DNA of 64,000 nt, taken from the NCBI GenBank assembly GCA_023515725.1, contig JALDTO010000300.1, positions 22,380 through 86,379 of the forward strand, in the 5' to 3' direction. This stretch comes from Amoeboaphelidium protococcarum X5 (taxonomy: Eukaryota; Fungi; Aphelidiomycota). Position 1 is the first letter of the stretch, and each line of letters begins with the position of its first letter. Positions 38,451-52,001 of this stretch are shown here, piece by piece. The notes under the pieces are model-generated. The model did not search any database and was not told the DNA's origin. It saw only the letters and a list, made by a program, of their open reading frames with translations. The position numbers were made by a program, and so were the translations under genes.

Positions 38451-40874
38451 TCACTATACACGAGCCTTCTTGGCTTTATTCTCAGCGCGGATGTCTTCAA
38501 CTCTCTACGACTGTGCTACTTGAGCAGATTCAACCACCTACTAAAATTCTTCAAGCACCTTCTTAACTTTTGAATCGTCAGACAGTGAAGAAGTGATTTC
38601 CAACAATGCACATTTGAACCTTTTGATCTCAATCACACCTCGATTAGACTTGAGACCAGTGACGCGCTCACCAATAACGCTCCATAGATTCAAAATTTCA
38701 GATTTTAGCTATTTTGGACTTTTATTCATTTCAATCAGCACTCTCAGATACAGCAAATGCCACATCCAATCATGGTACGCTTTAGCAGGTAAAGCTTTAT
38801 AAATCTTGGAATGAGAAGTGTTCATATTCAAAATTTGCACTAATAGCTACTGACAGGCATTACGAGCGTCTTGAGACAAATTCAAATTATAATTACGATC
38901 ATACACTAACTTGAGAATACGCGCCATCTCTGGTAATTTAGTCTTGTCAAGACCGTTGATGGCAGCAAGCAACTAATGCGCAAATGGATCATAATGCTCC
39001 TATTCAAAGCCAAGTTGGGTGCAGACTTCTACAGTCATTTTTTAACATAATATTTACAGCTGTTCATTTGACGAGTGCTCTTTGACTGCTGCAACTGAGA
39101 GAGCAAAGGGAACGCCATCACTTAAATAAGAGGACAACAATGAGCCCAAGGAGTTATAGTCCTTGTTGATAAATAGACGCGCAGCTTTTGCTGCAATTTC
39201 TTCCACATCAAAATACGCTTCTTTACCACTCAAATCAGCCAACAATCTTGAGATTAAATGTGCTGATAAAGATTGAATAGATTCCAACTACAGGCTTTTA
39301 AAGTATGAATGGACCAGATCAAAGCCTCCAAGCTTCTCAATCATGTACGTGATTTTACCATACATTTAATCCAATAATTCGGTATATTCTTTGACATTCA
39401 AAGCAACTGAATTATGTAACTAAGTTCTAGAGTCTTGTAGCAATTTCTGCAAGTAGGCAAAACTATCGTCATACTTTCTTGAAATAAAGCTTAGCGCATT
39501 TGAGAGAGCATACTCTTATTCTTCCAGAGTCAAAACGCCAATCTATCTGAGCATAATATCAATAACTTGCGTGTAACACTTTGAATCTTGAAATTAAGAC
39601 ATAATGCAGATAGAGTTCTTTCTAGTCAAAATACTAGAATTGACAATCTCATTCAATAAGCAGTAGTCATGCGGTAAATTATAGACAGCGTATAAGCAAA
39701 ACGGTCCTACAAGAGACACCCCATATAATTTATCCGTATTCAGACCGCCCTTCATAACCTGAAAGTAAACATTATCAACATTCTACAATTCACCATAATA
39801 ATCAAGGATAGCAATGATAATTTAAAGACCTTCTAATGACGAAACTGAACGAGCAGCAATCTTTAGAAAGCCTTAAATCTCAACATAATCAACAATTGAA
39901 AATAGGTTCATAAAGCCACTGTCCACGCATTTGCGTTCTTTAATGATATACTTTTTCTTCTTGTTCATCTAAACATCCGCTCCATCACTTTCACTTGAAT
40001 CGCATGAAGATAAAACTTCTGCGAACTTCCAATTATAAAAATTGTTAAAGTTTAACTTGAGATACCGAACGATTAAACGGCGATAAATCTAATCTGGCAA
40101 CTAATTGATAGACTAAAGATACTAAGTACAGCCATTAAATTTTGACCAGCTCATTCCTTGACACTCTATCCACAGGTAATCGATGAACAACTTGCGGCCT
40201 TAAGAAGACATTTAAAAACCGAATAAATCTTCCAATTTCAAAGCATTTTCAGGCATTACCGAGATTTTCGCATCAACCAAACTCTAAACCAAGTGTAAAT
40301 GACCACGATCAGCTAGAGCATCACGACGATAAGGCGTCAACTCAACCAATCTAACATCATCCTGAAGTGCAGCAATATCCACCACTCCATTGTTTTACTT
40401 TGCGGTAGACAGAAACGATTTCAATAGCCAACAAACTTCATCTTACGCATTACGAGATCCTACAAAACTATTGAGCCTACCATTGGCATATTCTGATCTA
40501 ACTTGCCCCCTATTGAACTCTTTAATTACTTCTCTCCACTCTGCATCAGCAATCTCAACGGTCTCAACACGATTTCCAAAGAATTAATTTTGTTGATATG
40601 GATCATTATCAAGGTACATTGTGCGCAGACAATCGTGCATGAAATACATATAATCCTATCTAGAGTGTAAATTCAAAAATGTATGATCTTTAATGCGGAA
40701 TGCAGCAAGTGGAGGTCCATAATAATGCCAGTACAAATCACGAGTGAACTTCTTTTCCTCCCGCACAAAAGATTGCAGCCACTTTGTACTCAGAGACAAT
40801 TCCAGCAAATCTTTCGGGCTTAGATGCTTATGCAAAGATACATCGGGCATGTAAAATAATTGATACAACATCAT
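38451..40874 (-). CDS. Divergent F-box-like family member A (807 aa, long helical C-terminus)
   Basis: MMLYQLFYMPDVSLHKHLSPKDLLELSLSTKWLQSFV..YYGPPLAAFRIKDHTFLNLHSRQDYMYFMHD; open to ..NKAKKARVQ-TGA. Confidence 0.75.
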
Positions 40875-41462
40875 GATAATTACTGAGCAATATGCTTTGA
40901 GTGATAAAGATGGAATACAAAGGGATTGAGAGAAATTTTGATAAAATTTCAGTTTCATGGCGCGTTCTGATTGGACTTTTCGTTTCAAACGATCGTTTCA
41001 GAACATTAGACAAAAGTGATGATCTTTCCGAATAACACTGGTTGTAACAACATGTGCATGTTATGCTAATTATCACGACTTGTCGAATGATTTTGCTATT
41101 AAAACGTCTTCTGTTTTCTACTCACATGTCAATGCATCTCAAACAGGCCGAAGGACTTGGATACGTTGTTAATCTCGTTATTCACTTGAGAGACATCGCA
41201 GTTTACCGTACTTTTGTTGTGTCATCATCATTACGTGATCTTATGTCAAAAGTTCCTTACGATAAGTTTGCCAAGTCTAGGCTTGCTGCGTGTACGCGTC
41301 ACTACTAAAATACTTCAAAAATTGTCTAGCTTCATTATTCGACGATAATGAAAGTGCCCCGTATTTCCTAACCTCAAGCCTGGCAAAGTTAATGTATTTA
41401 TTTGATAGTAAAATGCAATGTGTTATTATTAGTATCTTCACTATGTACGTATTGTGCTTCCT

Positions 41463-43905
41463 TCAATCGTCACCAAGTTCTATCTACTCTGTCTCAGTCT
41501 TATCTGCTTTATTCTCCGCGCGAATCTCTTCAAATCTCTATTACTATGCAACTTGAGCATATTCAACCACTTCCTAAAACTCTTCAATAATCTTCATGAT
41601 TGTAATATCTTTAAAAAATAAAGAACTGACATCCAGCAGTGCGCACTAAAACTAATAAATCTCGCTGCCTCTGTCAGATTTGATACCAGAGACACGCTCA
41701 TCCATTACGCTCCATAGCGACTAGATTTCAGATTTTAGCTTTTCAGAACTTCTATAATTCATTTTAATCAGAACTTCCAGATACAACAAATGCCACAACT
41801 TTTCTTGATACGCTTTAGCAGGTAGCGCTTTAAAGATCTAAGAATGAGATGTATTACTACTCAGAATTTGCCTTAACAATTACTAGCAAGCATAACGAGC
41901 ATCTCGAGACAAATCCAAACTATCATTACTATCGTATATTAATTTAAGTATACGCGCCATCTCTGACAATTAATTCTCGTCAGGTCCGTTAATAGCAGCA
42001 GTCAACTGATGCAAAAATGAATCGTAATGTTACTACTCAAAGCCCAGTCTTGTCCATATTTCCAAAGTCATATCTTTACATAATGCTTGCTGCTTTTCAG
42101 TTGACAATTGCTCTTTAACTGCTGCAACTGAAGATGCAAAAGGAACACCATCAGCTATATAAGACTACAGCAAAACAACAAGAATGTCTTCATGCCTATT
42201 GATATATTGAAGAGCAACGTGTACTGCAATCTAATCCACATCAGCATAAGCATCTCTGCGATTCAAATCCATCAACAATCTTGAGAGTAATCTCGCTGAT
42301 GTAGTCGAGATCTATTCAATTTTAAAACTTTGAAGAAACGAGTGCACCATATCGAACCCACCAAGCTTTTCAACCATACACTTAATCCTACCATAAACTT
42401 AACCCAACAATTCATCTGAAGCCTTACTTGATTAAGAGTTTGAATTCAACGAAGAAGACCCTTATGATTACTTACTTTGAGCCCGTTGAACATCATCAAC
42501 TACTGATCGGGCACTTAGCACACCTGAGAAAGCATACACTTATTCATCCAACGTCAAAGCGCCAATCTGTCTGAGCATAAAGTCGAATAATTTAGCGTGA
42601 TCTTTTTCATCTTCAAATTAAGTCATTATCCAAATGGCATTCTTTCTAAATAAATCACTAGAATTGACAACTTCATGCAATAAACCATAGTCTTTTGGCA
42701 AGTTGTAGACGGCATATCTGCAAAACGCTTCCACATGAGACTACGAATCAATTCTATATTGACTCAGAGCGCGCTTCATATCATTAAAGAAAATATTATC
42801 AACATTCTGTAATTCACCATAATAATCGAGTATAGCAATGATTGTATAAAAGGCCTCCTGTCCTCGAATTTAGTTAAAAGCACCACTGAGAAAACTTTCA
42901 ATCTCGCGATAATCAACCATAGACAACATATCGATAAAGTCACTGTCAATTTATCTGCGGTCACTTATGATAAACTTCTTACCTTGTCCATTTAAACATC
43001 GGTCTCATCACTCTCATTCATCTCGCAAATTGACATAATTTCGCGGAATTTCCAATAACTGAAATTGATGAAACTCAACTTGAGATATCGAGTGCATAAA
43101 CGATTATAAATCGGATCCGGTATTAATTGTAATGCCTTAGATACACAGTATAACCGTTAAATACTGTCCAGCTCATATTCTAGCACTCATTCCATAGATA
43201 ATCAATAAACAGCGTGCGGCTCTTTAAGGACATTTTGAATCTAAAAAAATCTTCCAATTTAACTACAGTTTCAAATCCTATCTAGACTCTCGCTGCTATA
43301 AAATTTTCAATCAAGTACAAATGACCATAATCAGCCAGTGCATCGAGGCGATAAGGAGTCATTTCAATATGACCAAACTTGGCGTGAAGCGCAGCAGCAT
43401 CAACTGCATCGACATTCTAGACTACAGTATGCACAACAGGTTTCAAGAGCGAAGAAACTTCATCCTACGCATTTCTGGATAATACAGAGACATTAGACTT
43501 GTCATTAGAATCTGCTGATATAATTTGCGAATTTACAAATTCATTAATCGCATCTCGCCAAGCTTGGCTAATTAGTTCATCACTTACCAGTTTAGAACGC
43601 GTCCGGGATGTAGGATCTTATCGACGTAGTGAGACATCGTCAATTTACAGAGTGCGCAAAACGTCGTGCATGAAATACATGTAATCCTATTTATAGTGTA
43701 AATTCAGATACGAGTGATCTTTAATGCGGAATGCAGCGAGTGGAGGTCCATAATAATGCCAGTACAAATCACGAGTGAACTTCCTCTCTTCATGCACAAA
43801 TGATTACAGCCACTTTGTACTCAAAGATAATTCTAGTATATCTTTGGGGCTGAGATACTTATGCAGAGACTGATCGGGCACATAGAGATATTGATACAAC
43901 ATCAT
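41463..43905 (-). pseudogene. F-box-like family member B, close paralog of A, with two -1 frameshifts (~43137 and ~42982)
   Basis: Colinear with A over its full length. The start frame hits TGA at ~43075; homology resumes in shifted frames after CTAAGGCA and GACAAGGTAAG; total length 2443 is not divisible by 3. Confidence 0.7.
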
Positions 43906-44165
43906 TATTCCTTAGTACATATATTAGAGTAAGACGAATTTTCAACGGAGGGAAGAAGCGAAATTTCTTAGAAGAGCGGCTAAATCTGATTGGATCAATC
44001 GTTTCTACTTGGTCAGACAGATGGGAAAATAGAAACAAAGAAACATATTCACGAGCAAGCGTTTCAAGTACGTAAACTAAATAATAAGAAGCAATTGTAT
44101 TTCAAATTGAGATTTTTCATTCAAAGCCAGTTCTCATCATCAAATCTCCCTAAATTTTCCAAAAT

Positions 44166-46013
44166 TCACGCGTTTCTCTGCAGTTCTTCAACTTGATAGT
44201 GAACTTGATCGGTCATGAAGTCTTTCATAGTCAATTCTTCAACAAACGTCTGCAAAGAGTCGCCACTTGAATCCTAGCGGTCATACACGTACAGCAACTT
44301 TATAATGCACGATTCGATTCGTGGATAATCAAGCGCTTTTAAATGTTTCAATAGCATTATTGAAAACTGCGGACGGCATACTGTGGTGCACTCGACAAAC
44401 CAGATTTCAGTAAAGTATTACTCGATTGCATAACTGGAGAGCGGATAATCGATAAATAATTCCTGAAGCAGATATGATACAATTAAGCTGACAGAGAGAG
44501 AATAATATCCAGAATTGAAAGCTTTATAAAATTATCGTTCCTCTTAAGAGACCTAGTGCCACTGTTAGTCAAGATCCGTTCTCTCCGTTAAATGATATTG
44601 CGCCAACAAACGAATACTTTCGACTAAAAGCTCAACGCACTCGTCACCAAGAATATCATGGAATAAGCGCATTATTGTAGGAATTCCTAATGATTTTATA
44701 ACTTTGTCATTACCATGATTAATAAAATCAAGTACAATTGAACGACATTTCTCTGAAGCTCCCTCGTCGGCAATCAGAGATTAAGAGATAGGTTAGATTT
44801 CAAAATATTTATAAATTCTGCACCTTACAATGACCAATAGGATATCAATGACAAAAGTATAGTCTTGAGAAGAACCACATGTGATTTTAGCAGCAATCAA
44901 TTCATACAGACTATTGGAAGGATCATCAAACATACAATAATGGACAGCAAACCAAACCAGGATGCTCGAGACTCGATTTGACGGCATATGGTGATAGAAA
45001 GCGGGCATCACAACTTGGCAGAATATCTCGCATGGAATGTAATCAATTAGCCAAAAAGCATCTTAAGTCAGTCCTTCAACAACAACATCGTTGCGCGATG
45101 AATCAAAAACGGCCCAAATGAGATCACGGAAATTATCAGTACTTCCGCTGTTACCCGACGACATCACACTAGACGCGAATTTATCAGCAATAATGTATTA
45201 GCACTGCTCCAGGCTTAAGTTGTCCGCTTTTTATATATAGCCAATTAAATGCTTGTATTCGCGATACCATGCGCTGTCCTTGAATCTGGAACGAACGTAC
45301 TCGCTCATTGGCCCTCTAAATAGCGGACCAAGAGTATTGATATACAGATTGACGCGATCCTCAGTCAACTCTTCCTCATCCCACATCATTAAACCAAATC
45401 CATTTTCAATGACAAACTCTGCAAAGAATCCGTATGCCTTGGACTTGAACGGCTAACCAAGTTAACTCCGTAATTGACCACATATGATCTCATTTAGGTC
45501 CTCTTCATCTAAACACAGCAGCTCATTGTTATCAAACTAGTCCATAAGACCCCAATCTCGAAATAAGTTATAAAAGTCTTAAAATTATTCACCATCAACA
45601 TTGTATATATGACAATCAAACTTAAAAGACATTGCCATTATCCAATTATCAGGTATTACAGCTGCAAATTATTGATCCTTAAGCCGTCTGTCTTTAACAC
45701 TGAACAGAAATTACTTCAATGCTTCATTAACCGTTATACTGTCATCCAAGAAATACATGTAATCATCGGTAGATTCTAATTCAAGATACTTGTGTTGATA
45801 AATCTTCAATGCAGTCATACACGGCCCAAAGTATTTGAAATAACACAATTTCACCAATCTCTTGTTTTGCATCACAAATTGTTGCAGCCATTTACAGCAC
45901 ATAGACAATTCCAACAGCGCATCTGGAGTCAAATACGAGAATAATTCAGAATCTAGCTCGTAAATATAAAATTCTAGCAATTCAATTGAAGATTCTACGC
46001 GTATTCTCTTCAT
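44166..46013 (-). CDS. Divergent F-box-like family member C (615 aa)
   Basis: ELFSYLTPDALLELSMCCKWLQQFV (F-box-like) followed by YFGPCMTALKIYQHKYLELESTDDYMYFLDD; single frame to TGA 44166. Confidence 0.75.
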
Positions 46014-46138
46014 TATACCCAGAGCTGGTAGTAATTACTGGCTATTACAGTACCAATTTCACCGGAGAGAAGAGAGAACTGTGAAACATCGTCCCTGAAT
46101 GATCGCCATTAATTTCCATTCCGATCAAAACAATCACA

Positions 46139-48031
46139 ATGGAGATGGAACACGCAGGATCAAGAAGTGAATTACTAGAGTTCTTTATCAATTAGCCAGA
46201 ATCATCTCTGGCTTTCTACCTCTCACCTCTGGACTTGGCGCAGATGGCGGTGAGCTGCAGATGGCTGCATTAAACTGCCCAGTCCAACAGATCGTTTGTG
46301 AGAAAGTGCTTGTTAAAGTTTCTGGGACCATGTATGACAGCTATCCGAATATTCCGCTACTCATTTCTTGGATTAGAGACTGTCGATGACTACTTGTACT
46401 TTTTGGATGACAGTATTGCGCGTAATGAAGTGCTAAAATAGTTTGTGTATAGCATCAAGGCTGGCAAGGTTTTGGATGAGGAGTTGGTCTCTCAAATACC
46501 GGCGAATTGGATTGAAGCAATATCATCAAAGTTTTAATTTGACAATAACATTGTCAATGCAACACCATTTGAAAATTTCCCTTAGTTCTACGAAGAGTTG
46601 GGATTGAATGGCTAGTTTGATAAGAATGAGTTACTGTGCTTGAACTGTGAAGATTAACTCTGTTTGGTTACTGATTAGCTGGAAACTTCTAGATCTAAGC
46701 CGTTTAAGTCTAAGAAATATGGATATTTTACTTAGTTTGTATTGGATTATGGATTTGCTACGATTTTGCAGTTGGAGCCTGAACTAAATATCGATACAAT
46801 TCAAGATTATTGCAATGTACTCGGTCCTTTGTATCGTGGTTCCCTTCGCGATTTCTTGTTGCAAAGAATTGAGTTGACGACTTGGTGCCGTGAGATCTTC
46901 TTGGTGGCCGAGTTTCTGGTAGAAATGGAGTACTTGGACATTGAATAGGGTCAACAACTGGTGGTGGACAAACTTGTGCGCATTATTCTCGATGACACGT
47001 CAGCGCTGAAATGGCGTTTTGAGACTTTTTACACGTCAGCCATCAGTGACGATGATATTGATTGCGGTGTCTTGGGTTTGAATGAAGATGCTTGTGAATT
47101 ATTCCATTTTGTTCCTTGTTAGCTGTTTTCCATGTCTGTTCTGCCTGCATTTGAGAAGTTATTGCCATCGAAACTATGCGCCAGTATGCTTACTTGGATT
47201 ACTATCGAGTATGGTATGTTCTGTGATGGTGAGAATGCTCTATATCGGATGATTGCTCGAAAGGTTTCTAGTGTTTCTCCATTAGATCAGTCTATTGCTG
47301 AAAACGTTGTCAAGATGATTGCCTGGTGTAGAAATTGGAAAGATTTCGAAATCGTGCCAATCTCTCAGTCCTTGTGCACCGATATTGTGGCGGCTCGCAA
47401 GCTATGCAAATAGATCCTGTCTGGTTATTTTTGTGAAGAGTTTGATTCTGATAGCCATTTGGCGATGGCAACTGCGATGAGTATTTTGGTGGAAATTTTG
47501 GGAAAGGAACAATGCGAAATGTTGTATCAATGTCTTTAATTCCTTGCTGAAAATTATTTTAGCGCGTTTTGGGATGAATAGGAGGAAGCTTTTCAAGATC
47601 TGGAGAGTTTGAGAGGTGTGCCATCTCTTGACAAGTGCTACCTACTTGCCCGTGGTGTTCATTCGGCTGAAGTAAATATCTGTAAAGTCGTGCAGTACAT
47701 ACTGAATGATCTAATGAAGTATGCCGAGCTGGGTAAAATTGCCATTGAGTAGTATATTGAATAAATTTGCGCTTCTCTGGATGATTATCGACTTTGCCAT
47801 CCGAAATTTCCCTCGATGTTGCTGAAACACTTGCAGTCTATCGAGTATCCAGAAATTGAGTTATTGGCAATAAGGCTGTTGAAATTTTATGGCAGTCATG
47901 GTGTAAACAACTACTTTTATCGTCAGTTTGTGGATGAATTGGCTAATTTGAATTTAATGACTGATCTAATCGATGCTGAAATGCAAAGACTTGGGGAATT
48001 AAACGTCGATCGCGTCAAAGCTGAAGATTGA
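46139..48031 (+). CDS. Divergent F-box-like family member D (630 aa), paralog of C, head-to-head with it
   Basis: LAFYLSPLDLAQMAVSCRWLH..FLGPCMTAIRIFRYSFLGLETVDDYLYFLDDS; shares PFKSKxYGxFxxFV, LGPLxRG and MFxDxxNxLY blocks with C. Confidence 0.75.
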
Positions 48032-48451
48032 TAGTCTCATTTGAACATATCAATATAGCATCTGAATGAAATAATGAAATACCGCAATGTAAAATGAAAG
48101 ATCATATGAATGAATGGAATTGCAATGAACCTCTCTGTTATCTCAAATCGTTCTACTAATGTTATTTGCTCGCGATTAGTTGTACCTTGTAGCTCTTTGA
48201 CAATTTGTCGATTCCAACAGATTTTTATTGCAGAAGGCATACACCGAATTGTTTTACCTTATTCATACTAAAAGTCAATCGTTATTTGAGTTTTACGCGA
48301 TTTATGGAGTTCACACTAGTCTCCTTGACCTTTCTGATCGCTAAGGTTAGAATTCGTCTTTCACGATACACCAACAGCTACCAAGAACATCTTCATCGTT
48401 TATAAAGTAGTTGTAAATTCTCATTGTCAACTATACAATTTTGGAGCGTAA

Positions 48452-49243
48452 ATGGAATTCATCAAGTTGAAAACTGGCAAGTTGCATTCTGAATAGCCAA
48501 AAGAAAGACGCAGTATCTCTCATCAAGATCATAAAAACCGACAGTACTCATCATCTAATGGCCTAAAAGTTGAAGTGGAAGAGCTATGCAATTATACTTC
48601 ATTCTTTGATGACAGCTGTGATAATTGGATATAATATGAAGACAATCAACATTAAATTGGTGATGAAGTGACTTTATTAACGGGCTTATCACCATCAGTC
48701 TCTGGTTATCAAGTTGATCTGCACTCTGGCAGAGGGCGATCAAGATCGTGTCGTGTTGTTTCAAGTGAAAAAGGTGCAAATGAGGCTGCCGATGAAACAA
48801 CGCGTCAATTAAGCTGGATGCCCGCTGTGATACTTCCTCAAAAGTATGTGGATGAACTTGGGGATTAGTATTTCACTCATGTCAGTCTGGAATCTGCAAA
48901 GTTTAATGAGGTGGCTCTGTTCGATAGCTAAGCTCTTCAAATTGGACTCAAGTGTTTGCACGACCACTATATTGACTGTCCAGATGTCTTTGGCATTGTT
49001 GCAGTTCCTACAGTTAAGAAATTAGTGAACAGCTGGTACTTTAGTTTTTGGATTTTTGGAAAGGACAGCTGTGGTAATGACTGCTCGTTTCCCACTAATC
49101 AAGTTTAATGTAGTCAATAGCAAGCTCATTCCATTATACATAACGAGATTCTGCTGACAAATATTTTTGATGGATTTACTTTAGACCACGTGGTGTCTAG
49201 TTTAATATTAAGCATAGAACTGATGCAAAATAAATTGCAATGA
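48452..49243 (+). CDS. Hypothetical protein (263 aa)
   Basis: Open frame from ATG 48452 to TGA 49241 under table 6, filling the intergenic space; no confident motif. Confidence 0.55.
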
Positions 49244-49380
49244 ATGATTATGCTATTTATAGCTTTCCGCCTTATAGTGCAATGCTTTTGAACAGTTTAA
49301 CTGTCTTTGCATATTATCCCCTCTTTTTTCAATTACAATTGCACAATAATTATAATTATAGCAAATCAAACTCTGGAGCA

Positions 49381-50766
49381 ATGTTGAACTTTATAAATCG
49401 ACTCTTTTAATCTGATAAAGAAAATGGTGTAAAGCCTTAAAAATTGTCAATGAAAGGTCATTCGGTTTTGTATCGCTGTGGCTGTATTCCAATTGAAGAG
49501 CTGATAAAGTTAGTGCCCCTCAATCCAAATGCTTTGACGATTGATGAAGTTGTGTCTCAGTTAAAAAATTTGTAAATATCGCTAGAAGAGGCAAAGAAAT
49601 CCAATGAGAATATAAGGCGTATTTTGAGTGATAAGCCAAGCAATCCTGGTCAATCAAAATTCAAAGCGACCACTATATCCACTTCTCAACAACGGCTCGA
49701 TAATCTGCAATAGTTATCTGAGCAGTCGATTTATAACAAGAAGAAGGCGCCTTTTCAAAGCGCCACAAAACTATCATCATCTACTACGAATAATGCTCTG
49801 AGTATGTTGCATGTACTGGATTATCTTGATTCATCTGGTTACGTCTCTGTCGCATAAACTCCGATGGATTAGCGGCCGAGTCCTCTTAGGATGGCTCAAT
49901 AGTCATTTCGCGTTCATCAACAGTCGCCACTGCATAATATCACGATTGCTGAATAGGATTTGGAGTCTATTAGGAGCTCAAATGATCAAGTTTCATCGTA
50001 AATTGTAGAAGACTCGCCTATTGTACCTTTGAACAATGTCTCCCTAGAGGACGCTGTTAAATTGCAAGATGACGGCAAGTTAGATCAAGCTTTTTAGGCA
50101 TACCTGCAGCACGCTCTAAACAATGTCCCAATTGGTTTCTTTCTAGTAGGACTCTCGCTATTACATGGATGGGGATGCGCGTCTAATGAATTATTGGCAT
50201 TTTCATGTTTGGTGCATGCTGCGTTCAAATCAGCAGATGTTATCAAGCTTCTGCTAATTATGTAGAAGTAGTAAACGGATGCAGAGTCTCAAGTTACTGA
50301 TACCAAGTCTTCAGCTTCATCATTAAAATCATCGCTTGACAATTCAAGGCGCGAATTCGGCATTATTCTTTATGAAATTGGACAGTGTTACAGGTTTGGT
50401 CAAGGTGTGACTGCATCCAAGTCTACTGCATTATATCACTTGCGACTTGCTGCTGATGCCGGTGACATAGAGGCTTAGATCACTATTGCCAAGATTTACA
50501 ACGAGTCCCTGCGGCCAGGAAATGGTAGGCTACTTTCGTCCGCGTATTATAGACTTGCCGCTTCTAATGGACGAACAGAATACGGCACATCATGGATATA
50601 TAAGAGAAAGTACTCTGAATTTTTTGCTCGATATTACCCATAGTTTGTAAGATAAGATCAAGATGGTGCTGTTAATCAAGCCTCTAACGGCAACAGTCGA
50701 GCTGAGCCGTCCTCTCCGCGAGATGCAATGTCAAAAGTAAAAGAGCTGACATTCTAACGATAATGA
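49381..50766 (+). CDS. Sel1-repeat protein, DSF2/Nif1-like
   Basis: GLSLLHGWGCASNELLAF, LYEIGQCYRFGQGV, AADAGDIEAQ, AYYRLAASNG..GTSWIYKRKY. Confidence 0.8.
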
Positions 50767-50818
50767 TTGAAATTATTGATTATATACATCATCATGATTT
50801 GTACTTAATATACACGCA

Positions 50819-51691
50819 TCAAATGTACCACCTTTTAATACATTAAAACTAATGCTTCCGCAAAACAGTTGTGCTCTTTTCTTTAAGCTCATACAAGGCA
50901 ACGGACCACATTTGAGTTGGATCAACTCTCTCATCATTGTTCACGCGCAGATCAATAGTCTACTTGGCCTAGCGGTAGAGTCTTTTAATCTTGTCCGGGT
51001 CCATTCTGTAGCCATTGACCATGAGAGATACGTCGCGTGTATAAGCCAGTGAGATGTGATCGATCGGTTTCTATCTGATCTAAAACCGTTTCAGCTGTTC
51101 GATTGAATCAGTATTAGAGTGCAGGTGCGGTTAAACGTAACTTGCCCACACCGTTTACAATTCCTCCACCATATCCTTGTAAGACTAAGGAGTTTATAGC
51201 TTTACTGAACACGACACCTACTACTGAGGATTGGATTAACACTACAGGTGACTGACAAAAGGCCTATCCACAGTAGCAATTAAATACTTTTGCATGAATG
51301 TATCTATCAATTAAATCAAATGTTAAATATGATTATCAGCCAGAGCATCATTGCTCATCATGGGGAGATCAAAGAATCCAGTCATTGATGTATGAGCATG
51401 ATAACAATGAGCCTCATTGAGCAAAGATTTATCGTGTGATATCGAATCAAAATACTTCCTGATAGACTAATGTAATGGGGATTCTGAAGGAGGCTCTAGA
51501 TACAATATGACAGTCTTGTACTTTGATTCAGACCAATTCGCGTCACCTTGACATGCCCGCGACTGTTTCGATCGATGCTCGGCAATCGTCAACTGGTGAT
51601 CAGCGTCCATCATGATGAAACCGTCATTTTAAGGCACTTTATTCATCAGCGACTTCAAGTCCACCCTTCCATCACTGTATTATCTATCCAT
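50819..51691 (-). CDS. Stand-alone 2H phosphoesterase-fold protein (UBASH3/Sts 2H-like), 290 aa
   Basis: VILYLEP, NEAHCYHAHTSMTGFF (first HxS) and DHISLAY (second HxS), WSVALYE. Confidence 0.72.
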
Positions 51692-52001
51692 TTTAAGTAA
51701 GATTTTAGATATAAGAGTATTAAAAGTTCAGTCTTATCGGTAGCAATCGTGATAACAGAGTGGCGTTATGGTGACTGAAAATAGACTCGAACAAAATTCA
51801 CAAGTGAACTGAGGCAGAGAAGGGGGCTGACGCGGGATGACTCAGCAAGAGAGTCAGGTGAAACCAAATCGGTCTTTGACTATATGTTAGTGTGAATATA
51901 TTAGCACATATAAAAAATACGAAATTGAGTGAGAACAAGATAGATAATAGCTATAACAACTAAGAGAGAAGAATTAAAAGACTAGTTCTGAAAGGTCAAC
52001 A

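Noticed and set aside
48620-48840. BAH- or PWWP-like hints (QIGDEVTLL, SWMPAVILP) in the hypothetical protein
   Set aside because: The matches are too short and the spacing inconsistent; cannot be supported without profile searches.
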